A stretch of DNA of 64,000 bases, from the NCBI GenBank assembly GCA_965113315.1, contig OZ220369.1. One strand, written 5' to 3'. The notes under the pieces are model-generated. The model did not search any database and was not told the origin of the DNA. It saw only the letters and a program-made list of their open reading frames with translations. Positions 50,343-63,813 of this stretch are shown piece by piece. Both the position numbers and the translations under genes were made by a program. Within the stretch, counting starts at the first letter, position 1; each line of letters opens with the position of its first letter. Source of the DNA: Podarcis vaucheri. Taxonomy: Eukaryota.

Positions 50343-50574
50343 CAGTCATACCTCGGGTTATGAATTCTGCGGGTTGCGTATTTTCAGGTTGTGGACCGCA
50401 CTGAACCTGGAAGTACCGGAACAGGTTACTTCCGGATTTCAGCACATGCACAGAAGCGCAAAATGACATCACACACATGTCATCACACGCAGATGCGGTG
50501 CTTCAGGTTGTGAACACTGCGGGTTGCGAACGTGCCTCCCGCATGGATCACGTTCGCAACCCGAGGTATGACTG
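50343..50574. mobile_element. Tc1/mariner MITE
   Basis: TA|cagtcatacctcgggtt...aacccgaggtatgactg|TA. Confidence 0.8.
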
Positions 50575-50650
50575 TATTGCGACAGTTTTGAAAAAGAACA
50601 ACTGTTTGAAATGTATTGGGCATAATTAAACAAAAAATAGCTGGCATCCC

Positions 50651-50939
50651 CAGTGGCGGAGGAACCCTCTCCAGCACATGAGGCAGCACAGCCCGTACAG
50701 ACTGCTCATGTGCGGCGACCATACGGGCTGCTGCTTGCACGCGAGGCAGCCCGTATGGCCACCGTGCATGAGAGCGGCAGCCCATACGGATGCCCGTACG
50801 GCCGGTGTGCGAGAGCAGCAGCCCGTATGGACTGCGGGCGCCCTCAGCTGCTCTACAGCTGGGGGGGAGGCAGGGGCCATTTTGTCACCCCTCCCAGAGT
50901 GGCACCTGGGGTGGACCGCCCCCCCTTCCTACGCCACTG
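50651..50939. mobile_element. hAT-type MITE with internal gcagcccgtatgg repeats
   Basis: TIR cagtggcg/cgccactg; perfect 8-bp TSD ggcatccc. Confidence 0.85.
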
Positions 50940-51440
50940 GGCATCCCTCCCCATGATAGCGCAACTGGTCATGCTTTGCAGCCTTACCTGAAAATTGTGA
51001 AGGTGCTGTTCACCATTTGCACATTGGGTGGCCATGGAAGATGTAAGGAAAGCCCTGGTGAATCAGGCTTAAGATCTGCCCTGTCTAGCATCCCGATCAC
51101 AATAAGCTTGAAAAGTGTGCACCAGCTGTATGAGCCGAGTTGTGTGGAGGGAATTTTGTCAAGTGCAGTTTTTCTTACTCTGGGGTGACAAATGCACCAA
51201 ACCAACATTCCCTCTTCCGCACAACTAATTGAAGGAACAGGAGCTCAGTCCTCTTTGGAAGCCGAAACCCCTGATTTCCTTCCCTTACTCATTTTGGAAG
51301 GGCGTCAAGGATTAGCGGTTTAGACAGTGGCATTCAGGAGAAGGAGAAAACAAAGAACCTAGCAGACTTGGAACAGCAAAAACCCTGATTCTCTTCTTTC
51401 CCCCTTGTGCTCCTACCAGAGCCTCCGCCACACAGACACC

Positions 51441-52655
51441 ATGGAAATCCAGGAGATGGACCTCAGAGAGATGGGTTCTGTGATCCAATCCCGCGTGGTC
51501 TTGGAGGTGTCCAGCCAGGTCCAGTCGCTCCTAGATTCCCTGGAGACCACCAAGCTAGAGATCGCCGTGACAGGCGAATCCGGCGCCGGCAAATCCACCT
51601 TCATCAACGCCCTGCTGGGGCTTAGTGACGGAGACCCCCGTGCTGCCGCTACCGGCGTCATCGAAACCACAGCCGTACCCACATCGTACTCTCACCCTCG
51701 TCTGCCTAGTGTCGTCCTGTGGGACCTGCCGGGCATCGGCACCCCATGCTTCCAAGCGGAGCGCTACCTGGAGCAGGTGGGTCTCGAGAGGTATGATTTC
51801 TTCATCATCATCGCCTCGGAGCGGTTCCGGCAGAACCATGTCAAGCTGGCCCGTGCCGTGGGCTCCATGGGCAAACGTTTCTACTTTGTCCGCTCCAAGG
51901 TGGACCAGGATCTGAAGGCTTCACAGCGACGAAGGCCAACCCGTTTTGAGGAGGCTCAGGTGCTGCGGGAGATAGAGGCGGACTGTCTCCGCCAGCTGCG
52001 GAATGAAGGCCTGGATTCCCCCAAGGTCTTCCTGGTCTCCAGCTTCGAGCTGCACCGGTTTGACTTCCAGCGCTTGCAAGACACTCTGGCCGAGGAGCTC
52101 GAAGGCCACAAGAGACACACCTTGCTGCTCTCCTTCCCTTGCGTCACGGCAGCAGCTGTGGAGAAGAAGAAGGCATCGCTGCGCAAGCACATCTGGAAGA
52201 AGGCGTTGCTGGCCTGCGCCGTCTCGGCCTTGCCCGGCCAGAACCTCCACCTCAACATCCCCATGCTCATGAAAACCCTACACTCCTACCGCAAGAGTTT
52301 CGGCCTGGACGACGAGTCCCTGGGGGTCTTGGCCCTCGTGGCCTCCAAGCCCCGCCATGAGCTGAGCAGTCAGGTGAGCTCAGCATTGGGGAAGGATCTT
52401 TCGGAGAACGCCGTGCACGCCGTCCTGAGCCAAGCCGCCTTGTACGGCCAAGTGGCTGCCCGTGTGGTGAAGAACAAAGTGCCTCTTTTTGACAACATGG
52501 TAGCTGGGGCCATCTCGTTCGTGGGTGCCTATTACCTGCTGCACACTGCCCTTGATAGCTTTGCACAAGATGCCCAGAGGGTCCTAGGACGGGCCTTTGG
52601 TTTGGAGGATGAGGCTCAGGGCTACCCTCCAGAACCAGGATTTATTTTTGATTGA
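51441..52655 (+). CDS. Immunity-related p47 GTPase, interferon-inducible GTPase 5 / IRGC-like, GKS class (404 aa from ATG 51441; exon acceptor at 51419/51420)
   Basis: Uninterrupted ORF with G1 GESGAGKS, G3 WDLPG, G4 RSKVD, G5-like FLVSS, and IRGC-type C-terminal motifs SFGLDDESL and VAGAISF..AQDAQRV; Kozak accATGG. Confidence 0.93.
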   Translation: MEIQEMDLREMGSVIQSRVVLEVSSQVQSLLDSLETTKLEIAVTGESGAGKSTFINALLGLSDGDPRAAATGVIETTAVPTSYSHPRLPSVVLWDLPGIGTPCFQAERYLEQVGLERYDFFIIIASERFRQNHVKLARAVGSMGKRFYFVRSKVDQDLKASQRRRPTRFEEAQVLREIEADCLRQLRNEGLDSPKVFLVSSFELHRFDFQRLQDTLAEELEGHKRHTLLLSFPCVTAAAVEKKKASLRKHIWKKALLACAVSALPGQNLHLNIPMLMKTLHSYRKSFGLDDESLGVLALVASKPRHELSSQVSSALGKDLSENAVHAVLSQAALYGQVAARVVKNKVPLFDNMVAGAISFVGAYYLLHTALDSFAQDAQRVLGRAFGLEDEAQGYPPEPGFIFD

Positions 52656-52970
52656 AGGTGGAGCAAGAGAGTTTCTTAAAAGTGCTTGGGGATCATAGGT
52701 GCCTTTCCCCGCACTCTTTTATCCACCAGTCCTGCTTCTTAGTCACTTAGGTCCAGCTAACCCAGGAAAACGCAGTCAAAAGTCTTTGTGGGATGAACTT
52801 CACGTTGGCAGTTCCATCCAAAAACCCTGATGCACCCGCTGATATAACTGGCTTCCAAGAATGGTGCTATGCTAACTGGAAAGATCTTCTGCAGTTCTAC
52901 TAGTTATGGTGGGTTACTGTTATCAGAATCCTACATACGACGTCCAGTGATACAAGTTTTTATGAAAAAT

Positions 52971-52976
52971 AATAAA
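52971..52976 (+). terminator. Candidate poly(A) signal of IRG gene
   Basis: AATAAA ~315 nt after the stop; a second AATAAA lies at ~54008. Confidence 0.5.
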
Positions 52977-55900
52977 TTGCCAAAAAATAAAAAAAATCCC
53001 AATGCAAATTAATTCAGTTGGCCTTGGAAAATTTCCTGAGCCCCTTGAGTCATTGATTTTAGCACGCTTGCTTTTATTTGTGTTTCATAAACATAGCTAA
53101 AAACATTGATTAGAAGTCAGGCTTCCCTAATGCCATATTTGCGGTTGGCATCCACTGTTGCTAATGAACTGATGAAGTGGAAACATTTTTGACCCAAATC
53201 ACTGATGGTGAGTGCAATCACTTTGTTATCCTCCTGTAGCCAGGACAGTAGAACCCTGAAGATTTCGAAGCATTATAGAGCATCCACAGAAGCTCAGACT
53301 GGATGTAGTACCAATGGGATCATTCCTTCCTTTGCAAATCACAATCATGGTACACATGGGTGCAATTCTGATCAGGTCCGTGGATGAAAGTCGTTTTCCA
53401 CCCATGCCATGACTTTGATATGGCTCACCAGCTATTTGCAACAGGAGAAACAACAATCTGAAGGGCACGTCACATGAGAGTGACAAATCCTAGTTCAGCC
53501 GTATCTGCGGACAGGGTACCAAACTGGCTAGACAGTTTTCCAGTTGACTGTGATTGCAGGATGGAATGCAGAGAAGTACCATCACTATCTCCCTTTCTTT
53601 GCAGGATCTCTCCTTCTCAAATGGCTACATCTGGGAGGGCTGGGAGAGATCATAACTCACAGAGACTGTTTGCTTCTGACTTGGCTTTAAATGCATTTAA
53701 CAGAAAGGAATCTAGTGGGAGGCAGACCACAACATGCTGGATTGGAGCCAGGAATGTGAAGATTGTGCGGCGACTCTGCCAAAGCAAAGGGTTTTGATTG
53801 TGTGAAGCTGGAAGGAGAAGCAGCCCTTTAAATGACGCAAACTGCCTCTCCTGTGGGAATCAATGCAAATGCAAACTTCAGGTGCACTTTCTGTAACTCC
53901 ATTTGGCTTGTTACCTTAACTTCAGAAGTGACCAGTTCGAACATTGCAGACCCGGGACTGCATCGTCTGTGAGCAGATTTATTCTTTATAAGAGTCATCT
54001 TGTATTAAATAAAGTTGTGTGTGAGTGCGAGTTCTGGTGCATCTTGATCACAGGTGCAGGCACTGTTCAGGCACTGATGTTACACTGTTCAGTAGATTGT
54101 GAGCCATTATCGTAGCGTGCCAGCTATCAAATTGCATTGACCATCTCATGTACTTTTTGAAAGTAATAATTGATTTTCAAGTTAGCAATCTCCGTATCGT
54201 GAGTCATAACCCAGGGCAATAGCTTATTCGTTTGACCAGCAAGGAAAATATATTTCTGTACCATCTATGTTTTTACAATGTAAAGGGCATGTCTAACCAA
54301 TAAATTTTTCTATTTTTCTGCATATGCTGCCTTTGTGACTTGTTCATTGTATCCTTGGGGTCAAGGAGACTCTTGTGAAGCAAACAAAGAGGCAGTGTTC
54401 AACACACAGGGAACATCTGAGAGATCACGTCCTTCTCCACAGACCCCCTCGGGTGGTGAGATTCACAGAGGAGGCCCTCGTTAGCTTGACTGCCTTGAAA
54501 GCTTTGGGGGGGGGGGTGCCGCCCAGCAAAGGGCCTTCTCTGTGGCATCCCCTAAATTGTGGAACTCCCTCCCCACAGACGTTCATCTGGCTCCTTCACC
54601 GTATGATTTCCATCAGATTCTGAAGACGCACCTCCTTACACTGCTGTTTGACATTTGAGGTGTATAGTTTTAGTGCTTACCAATGGCCTGATCCAGTGGG
54701 CTTGTGTTCTTAGTAACCAAAATGTAAAGCAGAAAGTTCCATGTTACAGGGCTTTCCCGCTGCTGGGTAGCTTAGGCGGGGACACCTCAGCAAATTCTCC
54801 TGGTGAAAAACGTAACTCCCATTTTCATCAATTCCACAGGAAGTTGTGATTCTGCTTCAAGCTTAGGTCACCACTAGTATCCAGTGCTTTAAATGCAGGT
54901 GTACAAGAGGACTTCTCTCCCTTGTCCTATAGCACTGCCATTTCTCCTCCTCCTGATGTTGAGCCTGTGTGTGGTGTTGCTTATGAAGTGCACAGGGCGT
55001 CAAACCCCTTGGTTTGCAGAACAAATCTTTGTGGGGGTAGCCACAAAGGGGAGGAGAAACCCTTAAAATGGCACAGTGAGTACTGAGAAGTCTTGGTAGC
55101 CATGTTTTGATAAATGAGTGGGTTAAGGAATGGGAAATTCAGCATGGGGAGGGAATGGAGTTCTTGTAATCCTAAATAGCAGAGCTTCATACTGCAACAT
55201 TTCATTGCATACCCTGTTTTAGCTACAAGGAAAATGACTTCTTTATATATATCAGCCATAGCAGCCTCAGTACAGAAAAGGGTAGCTACCCAACCCTGTT
55301 TGTAAGTTTTGCAAAAGTTTGTTTTGCCATGTGCAACGGTTTCTGGAGCTCGCTAGATGGCAATATTTCCTTTGTTTACTGCTGATGCTATATTATACAT
55401 ATAATCACCCGGGGGTACTGTGCCACTTTATTTAAGTGACTGTCAGTATCAGGGTTCCCCCCTCCCCCTGTGTCACGTTTTTCCCAATCTTAAATTCAAT
55501 ACTCCACATTAGTTGTTTTTTAATCCTCATAAAACCATAAAAACCAGCAGTTTAATGCAAATTTCTAATATATCAGTTTTGGTATGCAATTCTTCCTAGT
55601 TAATATGGAAAAAATGTTTTGTAAAGCACTGTTCCCTAATACAATGCATTTCCTTGTTGTCATCCCCCCCTCCACCTCTTCTCCCCCCTCCCCCTTAACA
55701 TTTATATGCACACAGACCAAAGAACAGGAAAGAGATCTTGTTCCTTGCTGGCATAGGATTTTGAGGGGGAGAACTTAACTCTCGCAGAAGGCACAGATCT
55801 CAAACGCCTGACTTCACGCTCTGCTTGCTCCTAGATCAGGCATACCCCTCCCTCCCCTTATTTTTCTTTCTCTTAGCCTGAGTCCATGAAAAGCTGCTGT

Positions 55901-57107
55901 GATCACTCTCCAGGTTTTCTTTACTCCGTAGAATGAAGGGGTGGGTGTGTGCTTAACAACTATTTGCTGCCTGCATATCTGTAACCTTGCCATGAAAAGC
56001 AAGGTACCGTATATACCCTGTCTCTTCCTTGTAATAAACAATTTTCTTCCTACTTTCTGGTGTGGCATAGCCTTAATTGGGCCTAAGAGTTGAAGGTATA
56101 CTCACATTTTAAATGGATGCACAGTCTGACTCGGTGCGAAAGGTTCCATTCCACTCAGATTTGCACACTGAGTGCACACGTGTGGTCAACAGACAGGCCG
56201 TAAGTTCAAATGTACACGCCTTGTAACCTTCCCCATTCCATGGTCAGAAGCCAATCACCCTGACAGCTGAATCTTGCTTTGGATAGCTGGCTAGCTGAAA
56301 GTGCTCGCTTAACAGACACTGATGCTTTGTTTGATGTAAGGAACATGGGAAGACGCTTTCAGGTCCGGCCCTACTATTAGGCGTAATGAGACCCCTGCCT
56401 CAAGTGGTGAATGTTGCTGCGGCAGCAAGTGTTAGAAAGGTGTTGAAGATAAAACTGAGCTTGCTACATGGCTTTCTTTGCCCCGCCCCCAAGCTAGGTT
56501 GCCCACCCTCAGGGAACGGCATTGTCCCATTGCGGTCTGGTGGGCTTTGAATACAGGAGCATCATATTGTCCTTTGCCTCAGGCAGCAAAATGCCTTGAG
56601 CTGGTCCTAGCTGCCTATACCAAGCCAGATCATTGGGCCCATCTAGCTCACTGTTGTTTTCTACCCTGATAGGCAATAGCTTTCAGGTGAGGATCTTTCC
56701 TAGCCCAATTAGGGGTTGGGGAACATTTTAAGCCCAAGGGCCACATTCCCTTACAGACAGTCTTTTGGGGGCCATGTGTTGGTGGTGGGCAGGGCCAGAG
56801 GGAAAAGTGGCGGAGCAATTGAACTTTACCCATGCCCGGCTTATTTCACATGCACTCCCATGCCTTTCTCTATCCTCCACCCTGGGAAGCAAGAGACATT
56901 AGCAGAGTTCGAGGCTGCATTTGAGCCAGGGAAAAATAATCAAGAGGTGTGTGCAAAACAGAACCAGACCAGGGGATGTCATTCTGGGTCTAGAGTGACA
57001 GTGTATGTAATGAGTGACAAGGGCCATATGGCAAGGGCTGGTGGTCTGCTTCTGCTTGCCTGGTCTAAGGCCCTTCATCTCTGGTGTATGTGATAGTAGT
57101 AGACTGG

Positions 57108-57677
57108 AGTCATGGATTGGCTGGAGGCAGAGGAGTGGGAGGCAACAGCTAAGAAACCCCCAGGGGGAGAAGGCTCAGAGCCCAGGGAATAGTAGTGGGA
57201 CAACGATGCCTGGTCACAGGGAGAAGATGGAGCAGCCTGGGAGGAGGAAGTGTCAGAAGCTGAAAAGGCAACAGGGTTTAGTGAGCAGGAAGAGACTCTG
57301 GCAGAGAGCGGTCCAGAATCAGAGGCAGGAGAGGAGGGGAGCAGGAGACAGAGATGAGGCAGGCTGCTAAAGAATCCAGGGAGTCTCCCCCTCCTGCTGC
57401 AACCATCTCTCCCCCCTGGTGTTCCAGCACATGAAAAGGAATGAAGAGGGTGGAGCAAAGAGAGACAAGACACAAGAGCTTCAGGTTGTTGGAACCAGGG
57501 GAGGAGTTTTAGAAAGCTGTGAAAGTTTAGGGACCTTCAGTTCCCGCAAGACCTACTGGGTAGAGTTGCTGCCATCACTAGGCCTGAGCTGTTTGGGGTT
57601 TTTTTTTAAACAAAGAGTTAACTTCACTGACACTGGTGTGTTTATTGCTCACCGACTCTTGACTCTGGCTCCTGACA
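57108..57677 (+). mobile_element. Solo LTR (same family as 19442-19983)
   Basis: Starts (a)gtcatggattggctgga, ends cctgaca; near-TSD actgg/actag. Confidence 0.65.
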
Positions 57678-59056
57678 ACTAGATGGGCAAATAGTCTGAC
57701 CGAGCATATAAATCTCACACCCTTCATTCCTAGCCAGTGGTCTGCTAGTGGGCAATTTGGCTGTACTTTGGGGGGGGGGAGGAGAATGGATCATCCATCC
57801 AATTGACAAACTGGCCTTGCTTGTGATCTCTTGCTGATCATGTATCATGATGACTTTTCCTTTTCAAATAACGTGGTGTGTAGGTAGGAATTAGGAGATC
57901 CCCAGTTCTTAAAAAGGGCGTGCACACTTCTTGTTGCCTGTGAACTCTGGTTATCCCCAGTTAGCTGTGTTCTCCTAATTTTTACAGCTTGTCCTTCTGT
58001 CAGAATGGTGCTCTTTATGAGAGGTGAGAGTGTTTGCCGTGAACAAATGTTTGCAGAAAGCTGCCAAATGAGTCCAAAGTCTCCTTTGCTATTTTGGTCT
58101 TCTTCCAGCTATCCTATGACCATTATGCTGCCATTAGAGTGCATGTGCCTTTGCTTTCAAGAACAATGGGGCAAGAGATGCCAAATGTCCTGGTCTTCCC
58201 ACCCCACCGTTCCTTATTCAGAGATAGAATTTGAAAGGTGGGGGACAGAGCATGGGAATTGCAGATTCACACCCTGAGCTGACCTGTGAAGTCTGATCAT
58301 CCCATTGAAAACCTGATAATAAGGAGTGAGAAAGATGGCTAAGTCTGCAATCTAACATCCCTTTCTCAGGGGAGCAAGTCCCATGGAACTGAATGGGATT
58401 TACTTCTAACTCAGAGGTGGGGGACCTTTGGCCCTCCAAATGTTGCTGGACTACAATTCCCACCATCCTTGGCCATGCTGACTGGGGCTGATGGGAGCTG
58501 CAATCCTCCAACAACTGCAGACACTCCAAATGTCCCTATTTTCCAGGGACAGTCCTGGATTTCCAACCCAAAAATAGCTACAGTCAGGAAGCAGCCTCAG
58601 TGGTGCCTCTAACCATAAAAATGTCCAGGCCAGAGCATCAGCTCTCTGCAAAGTTAAAATGATTCAGGATGCTTCTATGTTTGGAGGACTGCGGTAGAGT
58701 GGATTTGGGGTTAGGGAACACACCCCACCACTTTGCAGCCAGAGCAGAATGCTTCTCTGCCCCATGTCTGTAGGTAAATGGGTGTTCATCCTCTTACACA
58801 TACACCCCCAGATAAAATCCTGCCATTCTTCCTTGTTTTCAATGCCTTGTATTAGTGTGTGTGTTGGTGTGTGTGTTTTAAAGTGTATGTAATGTATATA
58901 CAACCTGCTTGTAAAAACAAGACGTGTTAGTCATAAACTAACTGGGAAAGTCAGGTGTTTTTCAAGCACGCAATGGGTCGCAAGGTTATGCTTGCTGCTG
59001 TAAATTACTTCTCCAGCTGACCGCAGTGACTTTCCCCTGAAGACGCGAGGGAAGTA

Positions 59057-59263
59057 CAGTGGTATCTCGGGTACAGACGCTTCAGGTTACAGACTCCACT
59101 AACTCAGAAATAGTACCTCGGGTTAAGAACTTCAGGATGAGAGCAGAAATTGCGTGGCGGTGGCGGGAAGCCCCATTAGCTAAAGTGGTACCTCAGGTTA
59201 AGAACAGTTTCAGGTTAAGAATTCCTCCAGAAGGAATTAAGTTCTTAACCCGAGGTGCCACTG
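59057..59263. mobile_element. Tc1/mariner (Tigger-like) MITE
   Basis: Same family as 49860-50083, TA TSD. Confidence 0.8.
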
Positions 59264-61094
59264 TAATCCAGAATGCGACAGCTAGCCTGGCGACTGGGAG
59301 TGGTCGCCGAGACCACATAACACCGGTCCTGAAAGACAGAAGGACAGTCAGAAACAGTCTCCCTCTGGAGGTTGTGGATTCTCCTTCTTGGAGGTTTTTA
59401 AGCAGAGGTTGGATGGACATCTGTCATGCTCGGGCCCCCTTCCAACTTTATAATTCTATGATTCTGTAACCCTTGTCAGAAAAAATACCCAAGCCTTGTG
59501 TAAAATGGCAGTTTTTTCCCTGTGGGTACAGCCAACCCGCTCCCTTTTTCCTAGACAGGGAAGCTGAAACCATAAACCTTTGTCCTTCTGGGAGCTCCCT
59601 CTTTGTCCACAGGCAGAGAATCTCTCTCCCTGATGAGGATGAGTTTTCCTTGACTTGCTTCCAGCACCTTTTGTCATTCTTAGCTACTTCTATTCCACGT
59701 GAGAGGCCTGGCCCGGCAACTTCCCTTCTCTATCCAAATATTACCCATATCTGACCATTGATTATTTCTAACGTTCTCTAGTGGTTATGAGTGTCTGTGC
59801 ACCTCCCCAAACTCTGTTAACCCCAGATCTGTAACAATATATATCAATAATTGCATATCCGAAACCTGTTTTGAATCTGGTATGGATCCAAATAGCAGTT
59901 ATAAAAAATGTGCTACTGTAAATTGAAAGAGGAAACCGCCCCCAACAGGTATTGAAGAGGCAAGAGAAGAGGAGCCTGGCTTATGTGTTGCATTCAGATG
60001 TTGCCGTTTTAAACCAATCAGAGACATGCATTTTGGTATAGCTTTTCTTGTAGGCCTTGCCAGCCTGGTGGTAGGAGCTTGTGAATTCCCAGAGGCCTAG
60101 TTTCTAGAGAGAGACAGAAGGTCCTTTGGTAGTCAATGTGAGTCTTTGTATTCTTTTTATCAATCTCATTTATATATTTGCGGAAGGATTTTTTTCCAAG
60201 TTCCCTTCTCCGGCCTCTGTTAATATGGTGGGGGTGACTTTTCCAATTAGCTGCTGCCTCCTAATCTCTCCCATGCAACACAATTTCTGTATAATTTTAA
60301 ATCTGCTGGTGTATTGCAACACAGGGAAGCGCTGGCTTTGTTGGCAGTCTGCAAACCAATTAAAAACCCTTAGAGGGAAAACAAATCCCAACATCCTTAG
60401 AGCTGCATATACGCCAGACAATAGAAGGACGACCCAAGAATCCTGGGAGCTGTAGGTTCTTAAGGGTGCTAGGAATCGCAGCTCTGGGAGGAGTAAACTG
60501 CAGTTCCCAGGTTTTTTTTGGGGGGTGGTAGGATGTACTTTAATGTATGGTGATTAGACAAATTCATGGAGCCTAGAGCTGCCAACAGCCGCTCACCACA
60601 ATGGCTGTGTTTTACCCCCAGTCTGGGAGGCAGTATGAATGAGTACCAGTTGCTGTGAATGACAAAAGCGGAGGGCTGCTGTTGTGCTCAGTTTCTGTTT
60701 GTGGGCTTCCCATAGACATCTGGTTGGCCATTGTGAGGAAGAGGTTGTTGGGTTAGATGCAGTGCTAAAAACTCAGGTGTATAACCTAGGCGCCAAATGG
60801 CTCCTTAAACCTGGCACCTGGGCATCTTCACTTGGTCACAAAGGGACCAATAGCTAGCTGCAAAATGCATTTCGAATGCTGATTAGATGGTTTTTGGGGG
60901 CCTAATCCAGCAGCCAGGCTCATCTTATGGGTCAGCCAGGTTAATACCAGCCAGGTTATCGGTTTGCTTTTGTTTTGTTACTGTGTTCTCATTTTGCCTT
61001 TCTGCGTTGTGAACCGCCTGTGATCTTCGGATGAAGGGCAGGAAACAAATTTAACAATAAGTAAATAAATATTCATACTGCCAAGAAATGATGA

Positions 61095-61152
61095 CGAATC
61101 AAGAGTTTCGGGTGGGTGGAGGCATCTCTCCCTCCTTTGTATCAAACTACAG
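61095..61152 (+). other. Probable non-coding first exon of the LU-domain gene
   Basis: AT-rich TATA-like taaataaata ~61062-61072; consensus donor CAG|gtgagt at 61152/61153; the ATG exon has an acceptor (ttctttctctaag|) 5 nt before the ATG. Confidence 0.5.
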
Positions 61153-61910
61153 GTGAGTGATTATTACCCAAGAACAAGTGATGTGTTTGACTACAGCTGC
61201 CTCCATCCCTGACCACAGGCCCTGTTGGCTGTGGCTGATGGAAGTCAGAAACGAAAGCTGCTCTCCTGCTCTTCTTCCCCCTGATTCTTTCTTTGTTGTT
61301 GGGGTGGGGGCTTCTCCCAAACACTGCTGGGAAACACGCGCAAGGAAAACCACTTCCTCTTGAAGCCCTGCTTCTTGGGGACGTGGCGGGGGGGGGGGCA
61401 AGCGACAAAGTCGGGCCTGAATTGTGATTGATTGGGACGGGGTTAAGGAAATGTGTGGTTTCAACCATGCTGCACAGAGAAACAGAACCTCGGAACAGCC
61501 CAGGTGGATCAGGCTAAACACCCATCTAGGGCAGCTTCCACTTCTCACAGTGACCAGCCAGATGCCCATGGGAAGTTGGCAATCAGGGCCTGAGTGCAAC
61601 AGCCCTCTCATGACTTGTGGTTCCCAGCAGCTAGCTGACCAGGTATGCCAGAGGCAGCCAAAATGCCACCCTCCATATTTTTGCCATACCCTCATTCCCA
61701 CCAGCCCCGGTCAACACGGCCAATGTCCAGGAATGATGCAAGCTGTATTCCGACAATATCCAGAGGGCGCTACGTTGGCTAACCTTGATGTTATACACAC
61801 ACATATATAATATCTAAGTTTACCTTTGCAGTACAGGTGTTAAACCTTGCAGTTTTTGAGACCTCTCAGTTTCTCTGCGCCGGACTTGCCCATTCTTTCT
61901 CTAAGGAACG

Positions 61911-63813
61911 ATGAAAATAATCCTTTTCCACTGCCTTACTTGTTGCATTCTTCTGCTGCCTGTTAATGGTGAGTGGTCTTCATTAAACCTTATTTACATG
62001 GGCATATCCAGGCTTCAGGATGGGGAGCTTCTTGGGCAAAAAGACCATAAAGGGGCCCCAGCTCTTTTTGCTATCAGGCTTTCCTCTGCAGTTGACTTGT
62101 CTCAGCTACAGAGGCATACTGTGCATATGGGTCTCTGTTTCCACTCCCCCTCCTACCTCCATAGTGGGTCCTGCTGACTTCCATGGACCCAGGGCCACCA
62201 CCCAGCTGACCCACAACAAAGCCCCCAGGTTGGAGCCCTACAGTTCCTTCTGTAGTGATCTTCCATCCTTTCTTTCTGCTTCCAGAAGCTAGGAATTTAT
62301 CGTGTGCAAAGTGCGACCTTGGAGACGCCACATGCAAGATGATTCACTGCCCGCATAAAGAGCTAGTGTGTGTTACCCTATCAACGTTCAACACGTTAGG
62401 TGGGTGCAATTGTTGGCACATGCCGTAGGCACTCCCTGAGTAGGCTTCTGGTCCTTCTCCACTAGGGAGGAATGAGTTCAAATCCCTGCTCAGCCTCAGC
62501 GTTGGTTGGGTGACATAAATCCAATGGCCCATCGAGTCCAGATTCCTATGGGAAACCAGAAAAAAGCTCAAGAGCACTCTCTTGCTCCTTTGGTTTCCTG
62601 CAATTGATATTCAGAAGCATTGCACCCTACTAGGAAAGCTAACCGGCACGAGCACGGGGACAAGCGAAGGAGGGCCCCTTCACCCCGGTGTGGCTCCCCT
62701 GTATCACATATACAGCACAACAAGGCAATGACCTGTGCCCCACAACAGCATATGCATCGATATGGCTAATCTGACCCAACAGCCCCCCTGCCTGGCATAC
62801 ATACAAAGAAACCACACTGCAACCAACCAGACACAACCATCCAAGCTCTGGACCCCATAATCTCTTGCAATGACAATAAAAATGAACAAATTTATAAATA
62901 AAGGTCCTACTCGTGTGATGCTGACACAAAAACCCTGCACAGACACTATGCAATAGAACGAAAGATCATTATTATCCCCCCATCTCTCTCCCTCCCCCCA
63001 CTCCCCTCTCTTTTCCTCCAACGGCACAGTGTCTGTGGCAATAGTGTCTGATGCCCAAAAGACTCTCTGAATGGCAAGTGGAGGTGCTATATGTGTTTGT
63101 TTATTGGTTTTGTGGCACAAAAAAATTCTTCGGTAAAAACCAATGAAATGATGATGATGATGAAGAAGCGTTTCTGCTTTCGATTGTGGAGCCAGAGCAT
63201 AGCCATTATGGCTAGTGGCCATGAATTTGCCTAATCCTCTTTTAAAACCACCTCATTTGGGGGCCATCATTACCTTCTGCGGGTGTGAGTTCCATAGTTT
63301 TAACCACGTGCTGTGTGAAGGTTTCTTTTATCTGCCCTGAATCTTCCAAACAAATTCGTGAAGGAGAAGCCTTGCAGCAGTTGCTGACTCTGATGGGTAT
63401 GTTCTACCTCCTCTGCCGGAGGCGGCGTGCTCCTGAATTCTAGTTGCTGGAAACCTCAGGAAGGGAGGGTGCTCTTATGCTCAGAGCCTGCTTTCAGGCT
63501 TCCCATAGGTTTTGCCCTGTGAGAGCAGGATGCTGGGCTACACGTGCCATTGGTACGATCAGAGAAGGCAGTCCCTGCTGATAGGCTTTTAATCCAATCA
63601 ACATGACATTTCTTCCGTGCTCAGGAGGAATAGTCACATCCTCTTTTTCTCCAGGCAGAGGTGTCAGCCCCACTGGGATGTACAAAAGCTGCATCAACCG
63701 CAGTGCCTGCAGACCAGGAGCCTTCACGCTGAGCACATCCACGGACAGGCAAATCCGAAGCAACATTACCTGTTGTGGAACTGCTGGATGCAACGAAGAA
63801 CTGGTTCTAAGTA
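61911..63813 (+). CDS. Secreted Ly6/uPAR (three-finger) protein, phospholipase A2 inhibitor gamma / PINLYP-like; exons 61911-61968, 62286-62399, 63655-63813; probably continues beyond the window
   Basis: Phase-1 exons give signal peptide MKIILFHCLTCCILLLPVN, then EARNLSCAKCDLGDATCKMIHCPHKELVCVTLSTFNTL and GRGVSPTGMYKSCINRSACRPGAFTLSTSTDRQIRSNITCCGTAGCNEELVLS. The mature domain has 10 Cys ending CCxxxxCN; all junctions are GT-AG. Confidence 0.85.

Noticed and set aside
50686-50835. CRISPR-like repeat array
   Set aside because: Eukaryotic context, irregular spacing, inside a TIR/TSD-bounded MITE
52600-52655. LC3-interacting (LIR) motif at IRG C-terminus by analogy with IRGQ
   Set aside because: No W/F/Y-x-x-L/I/V core in the tail
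61087-61190. Box C/D snoRNA starting AATGATGA
   Set aside because: No D box at a suitable distance; better explained as promoter/first exon of the LU gene
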